A stretch of DNA of 57,924 nucleotides, counting the filler, from Sphacelaria rigidula (taxonomy: Eukaryota), in the NCBI GenBank assembly GCA_964200075.2. It is 6 parts of 6 records of this genome, joined end to end, with 100 filler letters (N's around TTAATTAATTAA, not from the genome) between each part and the next. Parts side by side here need not be neighbours in the genome. Positions count along the whole stretch, not along the records: positions 1 to 9,571 come from CAXNAA020008183.1; positions 9,672 to 19,242 come from CAXNAA020008184.1; 4 more parts are not named here. The stretch is one strand, 5' to 3'. This document shows, piece after piece, positions 1 through 12,139 of the stretch. Numbering within the stretch: the first letter of the stretch is position 1; every line of letters starts with the position of its first letter. The notes below the pieces were generated by a model. The model ran no database searches. It worked only from the letters and a program-made list of their open reading frames with translations, and was not told the origin of the DNA. A program made the translations under genes and the position numbers.

Positions 1-1534
1 TCTGACTCCAAATTTCGAGCAACAAATGGCCCAAAATACCCCCCCCCCCCTATCGTACGTAGACGACTCAACTATCCACAATTTGTGAAGGGAAAACAAG
101 GCAAGAGCTGCACTTTATCTTGCCTCCGCCGGCGCTTTCGCGATGCGTCCTGGCCGGCCGAGGGAGGGGGTGCTTCGCCGCTCGCTGACGATGTTTAACC
201 AACTGATCGGCGGATAACTGGGAAAACATCGATGTACTTGCCGCTTGTTCGCCCAGTTTAAACTCAACATATATAAGCTGCCAGTTCACAGCCCTGACGT
301 TTTCTGGGAGACATCTTGCAAAACAATTTATCATGGAACCACACCCTAGAGAGCAGCGGTGTACTGGAGACACGAGTGAGCGACCTATACCAGGAGTGTT
401 TCTGTGCAGATCGAAGTTGCAGCGGAACATAGTTCACTTGGTAACTACCAATCAGGTCGTACCATGCTACTTGGGAGTTGCCAGAAGAGAAGTCTAAAAC
501 CTAGTGCTTCTCGGTCCAATCTCGTGGCCAATGACGCCTGCACTCACATGTTCCAACACAATACAGTAGTGTACGACAGTACACTGCCCCAACGCACAGC
601 ACCAGTCGGAGTTATGCAGCAGGCAGCGCCTTGTTACACCTTGCAACACACCACAGTACAGTGACAGCTTCAACACATGATAGAGGGCGTGAGTGTGTTT
701 TTGCTGAGGTACAATGAAACAGGACATGCCCCATATTTCAATTCTCTGCCTGATTTTGGACGGGTCGTCAATTTCAGGCGGGTGCGGAGTTTGAACACTC
801 GGCCAATACCCGCGTATCTTTCATTTCACTTTCAGCTACCCCTATCTGTGTGTGGGGGGTTTGGCTTGTGTTGCAGGTTTCGCCGACTAATCTAATTGAG
901 TAAATTCTGTCTCGGTTCGTCTTCAGTTCGCCCATCTCTTTACTTTACCGTACCGCATTGCGTATCAGGTGATGTATCATCTCCCGAGACATACATTCGC
1001 TTCCTGACCCTTCACGAACACGCAGCGACCATGCCGTTGAATCATGTGTTGTTGCACGTCTATCTACCATCGAAACTTTGGACGAACCACATCCTTTGGA
1101 ATTGCAGGGTCTCGCCTCTCGAGCAAATCATAACGTTCATCAGGTCGCATTCGAAAGGCTGCTACCCCTAGGTGAGGGAGTGGTGGTCTCGGGAGCCACG
1201 GACTTGGCCGGTGGACGTGCCTGGACAGTTCGTTCTTGTGTTGAGGGAGACTCCAGGGCCGAGAGGAGACGTGTCTCGAGAGGGCAACGAAATGGGTGCC
1301 ACATCGAGTTGGAGTACGACTATTACTCTGGGGACGGAATAGAAAATGACCCGAGGAGACAGGCTAATGTTCCAGAGGGGGCGTTCCCGGAACTATGCCG
1401 GAGACATGAACACTCATGGAACGGAGCGGAGAAATCCTCAAGATATTCTCGGAAACAATGCCGAGGGAGATATAGTCCCTTCGCGGTTGTGGGCACGTGG
1501 AAGACTTGTGGACTACCCTGGTACTCACAATTAA

Positions 1535-1763
1535 CCCTTTTGCAACCGCTGATGGAATGGTGACGATTTACAATTGACATTTTCTCGGGCAAGATATGTT
1601 CTTCCTCCGCAACTGTTGATGGTGCAGCCCACCACAACGATGCCCTACTCTGAGTTCAAGTATACTAATGTGACAGATTCGTGCACCGAACTCGAAGTGA
1701 CGTTTCCCGTCACGAAAGGTCTCATACGGGAGTTTGTACCGTTCTTTGCAAGTTCCAAAAGGG
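1535..1763. mobile_element. piggyBac-type MITE
   Basis: TTAA|CCCTTTTGCAAC ... GTTCCAAAAGGG|TTAA: terminal inverted repeats with CCC/GGG ends and TTAA on both sides. Related sequence at ~53860-54019 and 54959-55077. Confidence 0.85.
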
Positions 1764-2219
1764 TTAACTCGTTGACTGCGAGATTCGACTCGGCTAGTTT
1801 GCCGGTGCACAGTCCAGAGGTTTCAATGTGCGGGGGGAGGGGGGTCTTTCCCGATGCGGAGTATACACGTCCTCAGATGATCGGAGGAAATATCCACTCA
1901 TGAGACCGATCCTCTCCTCTCCCTCCCCACAAAATTTTCTCCGCCTCGAACGGGGTGCGCAGTCAATGGTGGAATGAATGAAGCAAGCAACAAATGAGTA
2001 AGTCTCCCCCTCGGCCCTCCGCAAAAAAGAGTGATAGAGGGTGCTATTCCCCGTCATCTACAACACAACCAATACATGTACATAAGCTTCTACCATAGCA
2101 GTCAGTTTTGACCGGCAAAAAAGTCTGACAAGCACACTGGGTCAGAATCACTTCCGTGAGAAGAGATAATGTAGCGATCAACGCAGTAGGCTGCGCCGCC
2201 ACACTGAGGGCGGACTGAC

Positions 2220-2389
2220 CTTGGGGCACCGGGAGCGATGCCAATGACAGCAGCGGACGATTTCGCCACCGAGTATACAGCATGATGTTGCGAAATAGGC
2301 CCGCTAAAAGCCAATGCGCGACCGCAGGAAGATATCTTGACGACCAGGGAAAAAGTAGCCGTCACTACTGCAGGGTAGTTGTACTTCAT
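2220..2389 (-). CDS. Putative first exon, inverted paralogue of the exon at 2572-2738 (leader peptide MKYNYPAVVTATFSLVVKISSCGRALAFSG...APR)
   Basis: Aligns with the + copy. Open frame, same ATG context (gaATGAAGTAC), same phase-2 donor AG|GTCAGT. No downstream exon identified in the window. Confidence 0.45.
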
Positions 2390-2571
2390 TCTCCGCGCGC
2401 TAACCAGAGATTGCTCTCTGCACTCATACTGTTGTTGTGGCACGTTGGATCTTCGCGTTGGAGTTGCCACAGATATCTGTTTGGTATGATCAGATCCGCG
2501 GTCAAATTCGTTCAACGAAGGTCTTCATGTCACTCACCGTAGCAGCCGCCGCTGGTCGGTACACGCGAGGA

Positions 2572-2738
2572 ATGAAGTACAAATCTTCCGCCGCAGCCAT
2601 GACTGCTGCTTTCCTTGGCGTTGCGACATCTCACTGTGGACGTACGATGGCCTTCAGCGGGCGCATTCTGCTGCACCGTGGGATGTACTCGGTGGCGAAA
2701 TCCTCCGCTGCTGTTGGCGTCGCCCTCGGTGTCCCGAG
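2572..2738 (+). CDS. Putative exon 1 of M32 carboxypeptidase (targeting-like leader; alternative in-frame ATG at 2527)
   Basis: MKYKSSAAAMTAAFLGVATSHCGRTMAFSG...GVP ends at phase-2 donor AG|GTCAGT, which is phase-compatible with acceptor tttcAG|G at 6150/6151. The join is inferred. Confidence 0.6.
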
Positions 2739-3477
2739 GTCAGTCCTCCCTCAATGTAGGGCATTATGATGGTGGCGCAGTGCACTGCGTCCATCACTGT
2801 ATCGTGTGTGTGTTTGCTCGCGCGCGCGTGTGTGTGCCTTTAATGATTATTCTGTGGCAAGACATATTTCACATACTCTCCATCGAGATGTGTTTGACGC
2901 CCTTTCATGTACTGTAAGGTAATGACGGAGAATAGCACCCCCTGATAATTCTTGAATTCATACGAGTGTGTTGCTCGAGCGGGGAGATCCTGCACTCTCA
3001 GTCTAGAAATATCCCATTTCTCGAAGATCTCGATGGCATACAGTAGATATGTTTCTAACGATACAGAAGTGGCGATGTTTCCATCGGGCTTCCCCACAAA
3101 TCGGGATCGGGACGCGTTTGTCCCGAGAGGAGACACACTCGGCCGGCGGGCATGTCAATGGTTTGTATCTCGGTCACCATGCCGGTGCTGGATGGCATGA
3201 AGTACCCGTATCAGTGTTGCGCCCGATTCAGTGTCACTTTTAATCCCACCCCTCCGAAAACAGATACCGTCTAGTCAGATGCTGCATATAGTCACAACCA
3301 TGCTGGCATAAATGTATGCATTAACGCCACGACTACCTCATGCAAGGACCCTGGCTTAATCCCACCCGCCACGGTGGACAAACTGACGATGGGATACTTC
3401 CTAAAAGCTGGCTGAAGACAGGTTCACATATTGACAAGATATTATGACAATTTCCAATTTTGTCATCTGATACATAT

Positions 3478-3720
3478 TGGGTTCCCTTTTTCCAAAAACA
3501 ATAATACAACCCCAACCAACAGATCCAACCACTCTCAACCTACCAACAAATTATTTACAACCAACCAACAAATTATCTTGGATAAATTTTCGAGCCTCGC
3601 AAGAAAATTTTGTGTTCCCTATTTCCAAAAATAATCATCCAACCCCAACCAACAACCCGAACCACTCCCAACCAACGAACAAATTATTCACAACGAACAC
3701 GAAAATTATTGAGAATAAAT
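3478..3720. repeat. Tandem duplication of an A/C-rich unit of about 130 bp
   Basis: gttccct..ttccaaaaa..caaccccaaccaac..aaccactc..aacaaattatt occurs twice, at ~3481 and ~3613. Confidence 0.75.
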
Positions 3721-4723
3721 CATTGAGCCTTGACAAAAGAATTAAAATGATTTTATGTTCATGCTTTTTTATGTTTATTTTTGTATTTATTCTCATGTTG
3801 AAAATTATGGTTTCATTTTCATTCTTCATTCTTCATTTTCACTCTCTACCCATTTTCTCAGTCGCTGCCATCGGTCAACCCTAGAGTTGTGCTCCGAGCC
3901 TTGTGCAATAACGTGCATTTTGCCCCTCGTGGTTCCGTCGTCGCTCTGGTTTCTCATTTGCGGCAAGGGTACATCACAACGAGAGTTGGTGCACTGGTGA
4001 ATGACTGTCTTGGCTATCCATAGCGCATTGATTTTTTTCGGTAGGTAATGTGTGGGTAGAGATGTCGCCAACTCTGTGCGAGGTGTTTGAGCACAGAAGA
4101 CGTGATCGAACCACTTGACAGTAACACAAGAAGCATGGCGGATTCACCTCACCACACATGGTTTTTGCGGGCGAGTTGGAGCTCCCCGGGTCCCATACTA
4201 CACCTGCGGCCTACATGTTCTGCTTTTGCAGTGCGCGGAAGGCAGTTGCTATACAATCATGTCTACGCAGGTGGAATGTTTCCGTGTTGATCTGCCTCGT
4301 TCTTCGTGTTGGAAAGTCAGCACACAACACTGTACAGTTCGTGTTGGATACGAGCGGTATTGTGAATCCAAGTCATTTTTTTCACGTCCTGGTCTTGGTA
4401 AGTCTGTCTGACTTCTGTCGCGCGTCGTTTGATTTGCGGCGTGGGTTTATTCCGGCAGAACCGTTCGCAGTTGACTGCTCACGATTCATAACTTTCGTGT
4501 ATATCCATCCTATTGCAATAGACCACGTAACGGGGGAGATGCCGGCATCTGATATCAGCTAGGAAGTAAAAGCCTAGGCAGAATTAGTGCTGAAGTCCAG
4601 TCAAACGCAATTTTTGAGCCAACTTGTTCACACGTCATCAGACTCAAAAATGTCCAATTGACGATGTTCGTGATAATCCGCCAAAGATTTTGCAACATGC
4701 GTTTCCTCGCTTTCATAAGTAGC

Positions 4724-5097
4724 GAGTCTTTCTACGATAGCCCCCCCCCCATGGCTGGTTTTTCGGGTGTACTCACGACTATGGCATGCATGATCATGAG
4801 TACACCCAGAAAACCAGCCATGGTCTCATGACTATGGCATACATGATCATGAGTACACCCCCCCCCAAAAACCAGCCGAAAACTGTCACGAAAAAAATGA
4901 TCAAACAGCGCCTGATGTTCGGTTTCAGGCCGCATAAAGCGCCTCCTATGGGTAGTATTGGCGAAAACGAACGTAAGCGTGGAAATTCTCAGCTGCTCGA
5001 TGTGCTCGGCTTTTTTCATTTCGATTTACGTGCGGATTTGGTTCTCCACATCAGCCACTTTTTTCTCGGGGGGGGAAGGGCTATCGTAGAAAGAGTC
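4724..5097. mobile_element. MITE of the GACACTTTCTACGATAGC-TIR family, with internal hairpin insert
   Basis: TIRs GAGTCTTTCTACGATAGCCC / GGGCTATCGTAGAAAGAGTC; flanks TAGC/AAGC. Interior is homologous to 10593-10847 and 15303-15515. Confidence 0.8.
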
Positions 5098-5504
5098 AAG
5101 CACATATTGGAATGATTGTCTACAGGGGCTATAGTAGAAAGTCCACACCGGGAGTGTGGTACACACCAAAGCAGCGATGAACTACGCGCTTCCTCGTCCT
5201 ACGTCGACTCATTTCGCTTCAAAGTGGCGGCAGCACTCCGTCCTCTACCTATTAGATGTAATAAAACTGTTCGCGCCATCGTTAGTACTCGCTGCGTGCT
5301 GTCGTTTGCTCTGACGAAATGGGAGTCACGGGAGCATTGGGTCCCACAACCCGCGATACACTGGTGTGACACCCGTCTCCTGCCATCGCTACCCTAGTTC
5401 GAACAAGTACCCTGATGTACTCGATGGTTGGAGCATGTCAACCGCGTCTTGCTCTACTTCCAGACGACGTGCCAAATGTGAGTTTGTGTATCACAGTTGC
5501 TATG

Positions 5505-5653
5505 CCGTCCTGTTCGACTTTTTGTTTTGTTCTGTTCCTTTTTTTTTTCAGGGCGTGTTTCAGTTTCGTTTTTCTTGGGTACGTCAATCATGAGACCACG
5601 GCTGGACCCCTGGTGGGTCAGTTAAAGTGCGACAATCAATCAATCAATCAATC
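5505..5653 (+). mobile_element. 3' end of a non-LTR retroelement with (TCAA)n tail
   Basis: gtgtttcagttt...gggtacgtc.atcatg.gaccacggctgga...aagtgcgacaatcaatcaatc. Similar copies at ~25270-25370, ~30030-30170 and ~37780-37910. Confidence 0.65.
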
Positions 5654-6150
5654 AGTGCCGCTTCACATATACGGTAAAATGTACGGTACCTTCGCGGCCA
5701 TCATGTCACTTTTTGCGGTGCGAGAACGAACGCCCTCTAGAACCTTCCCATCTTGACGCTTCGGCAACATTGTTTGCTCATCAAGACACGTGGGCTCGTT
5801 CTGCAACCTCGGCATGATTTGCCGTACACTTCGTGACAATTCTAGCTCATATTGTGATGCATGCATGATTATATGACTTTTGGGGCGGAGTTAGGAACTT
5901 GTGTACAGAGTATGAGGTCTTCAAGTTCAGGAAATCTTCAACTGCGGAGAGTTGAGAGATGAGGGGATACACCCGTCTTCTCTTTCCGGGCAAATCCACC
6001 GCGCAGGAACGCCGAAGCACGCTCTGATCTGGCACCACAAAAAAGCGACCTACGAGAGGAATTTAGTAGCCCTCGTGCAACAGGGGGTAATTAGCAATGA
6101 TGATGTCTCGCGCTTTACTCACAACCAACACTGGCGGAAAATCATTTCAG

Positions 6151-6337
6151 GGCTGTTGCGGCTGTGCGAAGCAGTAGCGAAGGGGGGCGCACGCAGACTC
6201 CAACGACGTGTATGGCGTCGGTAGCTGCCCCTACGGCCGCCGTCGGACACAGGGAGCTGTACGATGATCTCTGCCAAAAGCTCAAGGAAGTTGAGCGGCT
6301 GAGCGGCATCCAAGGCCTCCTGTCATGGGATGAGCAG
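6151..6337 (+). CDS. Peptidase M32 (carboxypeptidase Taq family), exon 2
   Basis: ...LYDDLCQKLKEVERLSGIQGLLSWDEQ then GT donor at 6338. Matches the M32 N-terminal LLxWDxxxxMP motif when joined to the next exon. Confidence 0.85.
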
Positions 6338-7315
6338 GTGTGCGCGCGTACGTGGGTGGGCAGTGGGAAGGGGGTGGGCTGGCAGCTCGAGTATAATATT
6401 TTTGAGCTGTTTGATCGTGGTAGCTGATAATTTCGAAAACGGTGTCTGGGGCACGTTCATGGATCACTGACTATGGCGTGGGGATCTTGCGTGAATTGGC
6501 TTCCCCAAGTGAATGAAGCGGGCAGCCACCTCACGAGTACTCGTGCATATCCCTAAAAAACCGACGATGTCCGAAAACAGTACAAACAAACCACCGGAAG
6601 CCTGAAGCCGTTTTTTTTTCCTACATGGGCACTGGTTCCCTAAAGAGTTGGAAGAATATCATCATGACACCGTTCATCCGAAATATGATGAACTCATATC
6701 GCTCGTCACCTTTCAAGATTTCTAGCTATGTCTATCCATTCTTGCACCCTTGTGAGCTATACCACGGCGGGCTGGTTGAGCGGGGTGTTTTTGTACTGAA
6801 AGAGTGGGATGGAGCATGTATAAACGGCCATCAGACTTTTGTGCTGCCCCGAACGGGGCCTCTGACGTTACGAACGGCCCACGCGATGGCCTCAAAAGAT
6901 CATCTCTCCAGGGGGATAGCCACTTTGTGCTGTGACACGTCTAAATCCGCGTTGTGTAGTCTCTTGATCTGTACGAGTATGCTTTTTCTTTTCTGCTTTT
7001 CTTTTTGTGGCCGGATATTATTTTTGGCCGTCGCATGCCCTGATGTATCGCCACCGACTCGAACATTTGATCCAATCACGTAGATGCATCTGTACCGGAT
7101 GCCATTGGTACCGTATGCGATAGCATGGTCTAAATGTCCTACAGTCATTCCTAAGTGAAATGTCGGGGGTATTGAGGTACAGTACCTGTTTATGCTACTG
7201 TACACTGGCGAAAGAAGATAACTCCGTAATGCCCAAGGCCGACAGAACGTTGCTCTCTATGCGATTTTTCGTGTTTACACCATGCATGTACTTTGTCATG
7301 GCCCACGCCTATCAG

Positions 7316-7435
7316 GTCATGATGCCGAGCGGAGGAGCGGCATTTAGGGCGCACCAGAAGACTGCGCTTGCTGGGGTCCTGCACGAGAAGAAAATCGACC
7401 CCGGCCTGGGCGATCTGCTTCACAAGCTGCAGAAG
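7316..7435 (+). CDS. Peptidase M32, exon 3 (gene continues beyond contig)
   Basis: cAG|VMMPSGGAAFRAHQKTALAGVLHEKKIDPGLGDLLHKLQK|GTAAG, phase 0/0. Typical M32 MPxGGxxxRxxQxxxLxxxxHE segment. Confidence 0.88.
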
Positions 7436-9436
7436 GTAAGGGGAGCCAAATTGATGTTCTTGCGTTTTGTGCACCTATCCTTTTTTATTATTTATGGTGA
7501 GGGTGGCGGCGGCGGCGGCGGTGTCGTCGTCATCGCCGCCGCCGCCGTCGAGATGGGGGCACACGTTATTCGTTGTGCGTTCGTCTGGATTTGCGTCAAT
7601 GTGATCCGTTTGTCGATGCCGATCTCCTGATAACTTGGGGGATACAACAAGTAGATTGCTCCCAGGCTTCCGAAACGTTCATGCTCGTGTTCCTTAGCCG
7701 CCTTCACGTCCGGATCGTTGCCGTCCCTCCCGTATCCCATGCCTGGTCCGGTGAAAACCCGGCGTGCTCCGTCTCGGCTTCGTGGAGGTGCGAGGTCAAT
7801 GATCTTATGACTATGGCGTGCAAGATCATGAGTACACCCCCTATCCCATGACCCGGCCCCAGTTTCTCTCGGCAGTGGTATCATGCTGTATACAATCGTG
7901 CTTGATTCCATTTGCGTGCTGTGCTCAAAGCACAAGCACACAATTGATTATCTCTTCTTGCCTCTCTACAATGCCTCTCTTTGTCCACCGCTGGTCACCG
8001 GCCATTGGGTGGCTGCTGTTGCTCAAGACAAGCCGGCTATGTCCCTGCCTCGCCCCATGTGACATTTCAATTTGTGTAATTTTGATGAACTCTCGCTGAC
8101 CACTCTTTTCAGTCACAAACATGTCATGCGAAAAGGAAAAAGTTGTGATCATCACTTTTGAACGAGACTAACCGTTTTTATTTTTTGCTCCACTATGAGG
8201 ATATGTTATGAAAACGATCCTATCAACGCCTTGTATGCGGCAAAAAAAAAAAAACACTTTTGGTACAAGCAGCCGGTACTTGCGCACATGAGGAGTGATA
8301 TTTCGGAGTGATAGCCCTGTATGTTTTGCAAAGTGACTGCGTTACCTGTTCGAGCCTTCGAGGAACCCATGAAATATCGACGGTGAGCTCGTTGACCTTC
8401 TGTGCAAAGCACGGCGACAACGGGCAATGTGACAACTAAGAGTACAGTGCACACAACTCTAGCACTAGACTGCCGTACATTTTTGTAATTCTATGAGGAT
8501 GTCAATAGTCCATTCGGCGCACGACGACGTATGTTTGCACCAACACAACGAGTTGCAGACCCCGAGGCCTCTGAGTAGAAGACCGCCAACACAGGCCTCA
8601 TGTGCGTAGCTCAGGAGATGCTACGATCCGAGATGTTGTTCATGTGCTGGAAAAAGCCTGGGGCTCGTTGTCGGGCTCGGGACAAATATAGGACCACGAC
8701 TGTTTGCGGGAGAGATATCCCGCCGCCGAGAACGACCACTCGTTTTCTTGTTGAGGTGCCAACCGTTCCCTATGGTCAGATACAAGTTCTGTTCCTTTGA
8801 CGCGACACTCCACACACAGGTGGAACGGGGCGGAGCTACCAAAAAAAATGCAAAATTGCTTGGGTGTAGGCCGCCGCAGGAACGCCATTCTTGATCAAAG
8901 TATGGTCGATAGTAAGGGGTTCTCGATTTTTTTTTCAGCATGAACTCACGTTTCTGTCGTGCAGTATTGTTTCTTCAGGCACACGAGTCCACCGTCTCGT
9001 CCGAAAACCCAATTTTGTCCGCCGGTACCCACGGGTCACACGTTCGAAATCGGAGTTCCTGCGCGGCAAAACCTTGGAGCATGTGTAAGTATGTGTACAT
9101 ACATATGCATGTCTCCTTCCCGTGAAGAATTGGGTCTCACTAGTTTGTATAATGAACTACTGCACGTGGGTCTCAAATGCTTTCCTGCTGTACACGACTG
9201 TATCGACCACCGGCTGTCCAGTCACCCCCGTGAATTTCGAACATCATGTAGATGCACTCGATCTCGCGTTCTTGTTAACCTGAACGAACTGAACATATCA
9301 CGACTCAGCATGTCTTGACGCCCCTATTCGTCAGTTGCAATACGTTCCCGTAACCTCTCTCCCCTCCCTGCTCCGTCTCGAAAGGGATGCGTGGTCAACC
9401 TTCAAACGACTGAGGCAAGTAACAAATGAGAACACC

Positions 9437-9493
<57 letters not shown>

Positions 9494-9571
9494 ACCCCCC
9501 CCCGCCCCGTGCTGTGCGTTTCGGGTTCGGGCGGCCCGACCACGGCGGCGTGCCCCGTCTGCCGGGTGTGG

Positions 9572-9671
9572 NNNNNNNNNNNNNNNNNNNNNNNNNNNNN
9601 NNNNNNNNNNNNNNNTTAATTAATTAANNNNNNNNNNNNNNNNNNNNNNNNNNNNNNNNNNNNNNNNNNNN
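9572..9671. other. Artificial contig spacer
   Basis: 44 N + TTAATTAATTAA (stops in all six frames) + 44 N. Confidence 0.99.
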
Positions 9672-10007
9672 GGGAAAGCACGGCTTTTGAGTTGAACCTC
9701 ATTTTTTTTTCAACCCCATTTTCGAAAATCGGCTGTTTGTTCCTATTTCAGTCCACCTGGAAAGAATTATTACATGCAAGAGTAGGAATATATGTATTCG
9801 AACGAGCCGCACCCACGTTCAGAATACACGACATACCGTTTCATGTGTATATTTCGTGACTTTAAACGACCAATTTGCCATCAGGTTGCGCTTATTGCAT
9901 GCACGTCCATTTGTGTGTCACAAACTCTCAAAAATGGCAGTAGAGTGTTGCACTCCACTACGCCCTGTCTCGAACGGGAACCCCGTTCTGACAGACGTTC
10001 CGTATCT

Positions 10008-10495
10008 AACACTAAATTCGTGAGATTCACAGTACAGTTTCAGATTCAGAGTGAGGATTTCAAATTGAAGAACTGTTTTCTTTGTGGTCGATTCTTATGC
10101 GAAACAGTTTGCGTCACTAATCAACCAACCCGAGTAATGAACGTGCGTGTTTTCACAGCCTTCAATTTCGGTTGATGTTGTACGGTTTTCCCCGATTCTC
10201 CGCAAATGAGTGTGTTGAACACTATATTCGTGAGATTCAGAGTGTAGTTTCAGATTCGGAGAGAGGATTTCAAAGGGAATAACTGTGTTTGTGGTCGATC
10301 CTTATGCGAAACAGTTCGCGTCACTGATCAACCAACATGGGAGGCTGTGAAACACGCAAGTTCATTACTTGGGTTGGTTGATTAGTGACGCAGATTGTTT
10401 CGCATAAGAACCGAGCACAAAGAAAACAGGTCTTCCGTTTGAAATCCTCACTCTGAATCTGAAACTGCACTCTGAATCTCACGAATATAGTGTTA
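10008..10495. repeat. Direct plus inverted array of a ~150-bp unit (foldback-like)
   Basis: aacacta.attcgtgagattca.agt...cttatgcgaaacagtt.gcgtcact at ~10008 and ~10218, with its reverse complement at ~10340-10495. Confidence 0.8.
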
Positions 10496-10592
10496 TCTCC
10501 CAACTTACGAATAGCGTGGTAGTATACTCTAACGTGCATTTTTGTCGAACATGCCAATCCACGAGTAACATTATCATCCGATTATTTCACTA

Positions 10593-10847
10593 GACACTTT
10601 CTACGATAATAGCCGCCCCCCCGAAAGTGCATGGTTCTGGAAGGCAAAATCTTAACGTAAATCGAAGTGGGAAACGCCGACCACAACAAGCAGCTAGGCA
10701 CGCCCACGCTTGGGTTCGTTCCAGCCAATGTCGCCTATATGAGGCGTTTCATGGAGCCTGAGCCCAAACATCAGGCGCTGTATGGCCATTTTTTTCGTGA
10801 CACTTTTGGGCTGGTTTTCTGGGGGGGCGGCTATCGTAGAAAGTGTC
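10593..10847. mobile_element. MITE, GACACTTTCTACGAT TIR, 4-bp TSD ACTA
   Basis: ACTA|GACACTTTCTACGATA ... TATCGTAGAAAGTGTC|ACTA. Confidence 0.88.
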
Positions 10848-10990
10848 ACTAAAGCTTTCCACTCAAGCTTGGATTTTCCTGGCACAATCCAACTCTTTTT
10901 GAAATTCACATTGTAGACTAAACTCATCTCGACCACTACAGTAGCGGGCGGTCTAACTGTTCACGAGTGTTTTGGGGTTTTCCTGGCGTA

Positions 10991-12139
10991 CTACTCCGAC
11001 GCTAATTTACAGGTCAGCGTCTGGTTCAACCGCATTTGACGCAGTTCGTTCAAACCAAATTCAGGCGCCGAAGAACGAATCTTGCGAAGAGACTCCCACA
11101 TACGTTCTTCAGCACCAAACCCTTCCCAGTCGACCAAAACAATGACGTGCACCACAGCATTCATCCGACATTCACCTTGAGCATACGAATGCTGGAATAC
11201 ACATTTTAGTTCCGCAGTGATGTGCAACTGCGAGTCAGTATAGAAACGTAAACGAGCGACATGGGCCGAGTGCACGGCGCCAGAAACAATGTTCTGCACC
11301 GAATACACGGGAGCATGATCGGCTTCGACCACTCGCCACGGACCTATGCACGTGGACATCAACTTTGGTGTCACACCTTGCCTACGAACACGGGCATACA
11401 AGACGAAATCTCCAACTGCAAACTTGGGCAACACTGCCTGGCCCTGACCAAGCTTGCGTTTGGTTTCACGAGACACCGAGACAGCAGCTTGCACTTCGTT
11501 ACAAGCGCACACTTGCTCGCTGACCACGCCTCGAACCTTGTCACGCAACAAATCAGCATCCATGACATCGATGTTCCACTCGCCGCCAGTGACAGAAGTC
11601 AGCGCAGAAAACGCTGTACGCTGCGTACGCCCAAACATCACACAATACGGAGTGTTACGGTAGCGTTCACGAAAATAAGTATTCAACGCCCACTGAGCGG
11701 CTGGTGAAACATCAACCCATTTAGACACCGGCCGTCGCTGTTCCGACAAAATAGACCGCAACGCACGAATAACCTCTTTCACCATGCGTTCACAAGCACC
11801 ATTCGACCAAGGGGTATACGCAATAGCAGATCGGTGTTGCACCTTCAGCGCATCGCGCAGCTGCGCGATCACTCGATTCTTGAAGTGTGTGGCGGTATAA
11901 CGAACGCAAAAACGCGGCACCCCCAAATTCTTGAACCAATGAAGCAAGTGCTTACCCGTAACCTCGGCGGTGCAAGCCTCGGTCGGCTCTAAGCACACGA
12001 AGTTGGACAAATCATCCATGATGAACGAAACGTACCGAAAGCCATCCTCCTCAGGCAGATCATTTGCACCTTCAGGTCCGCTACTTCCAACGTACAGAAA
12101 ATCAAAGTGAGCAACTTCACCTGGCGCAGAACCGTGCAC
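10991..12139 (-). pseudogene. Retrotransposon integrase core plus chromodomain ORF
   Basis: 382-aa frame with rve-type motifs. The second catalytic Asp region reads VRYTATHF (expected SDxxxHF). Confidence 0.85.

Noticed and set aside
9435..9510. Poly-proline/poly-glycine ORFs (also ~19145-19180, 19343-19454, 48355-48460)
   Set aside because: C/G homopolymers at contig ends, probably inflated by sequencing or assembly.
9616..9627. TTAATTAATTAA as a biological motif
   Set aside because: Identical in all five N-spacers; synthetic.
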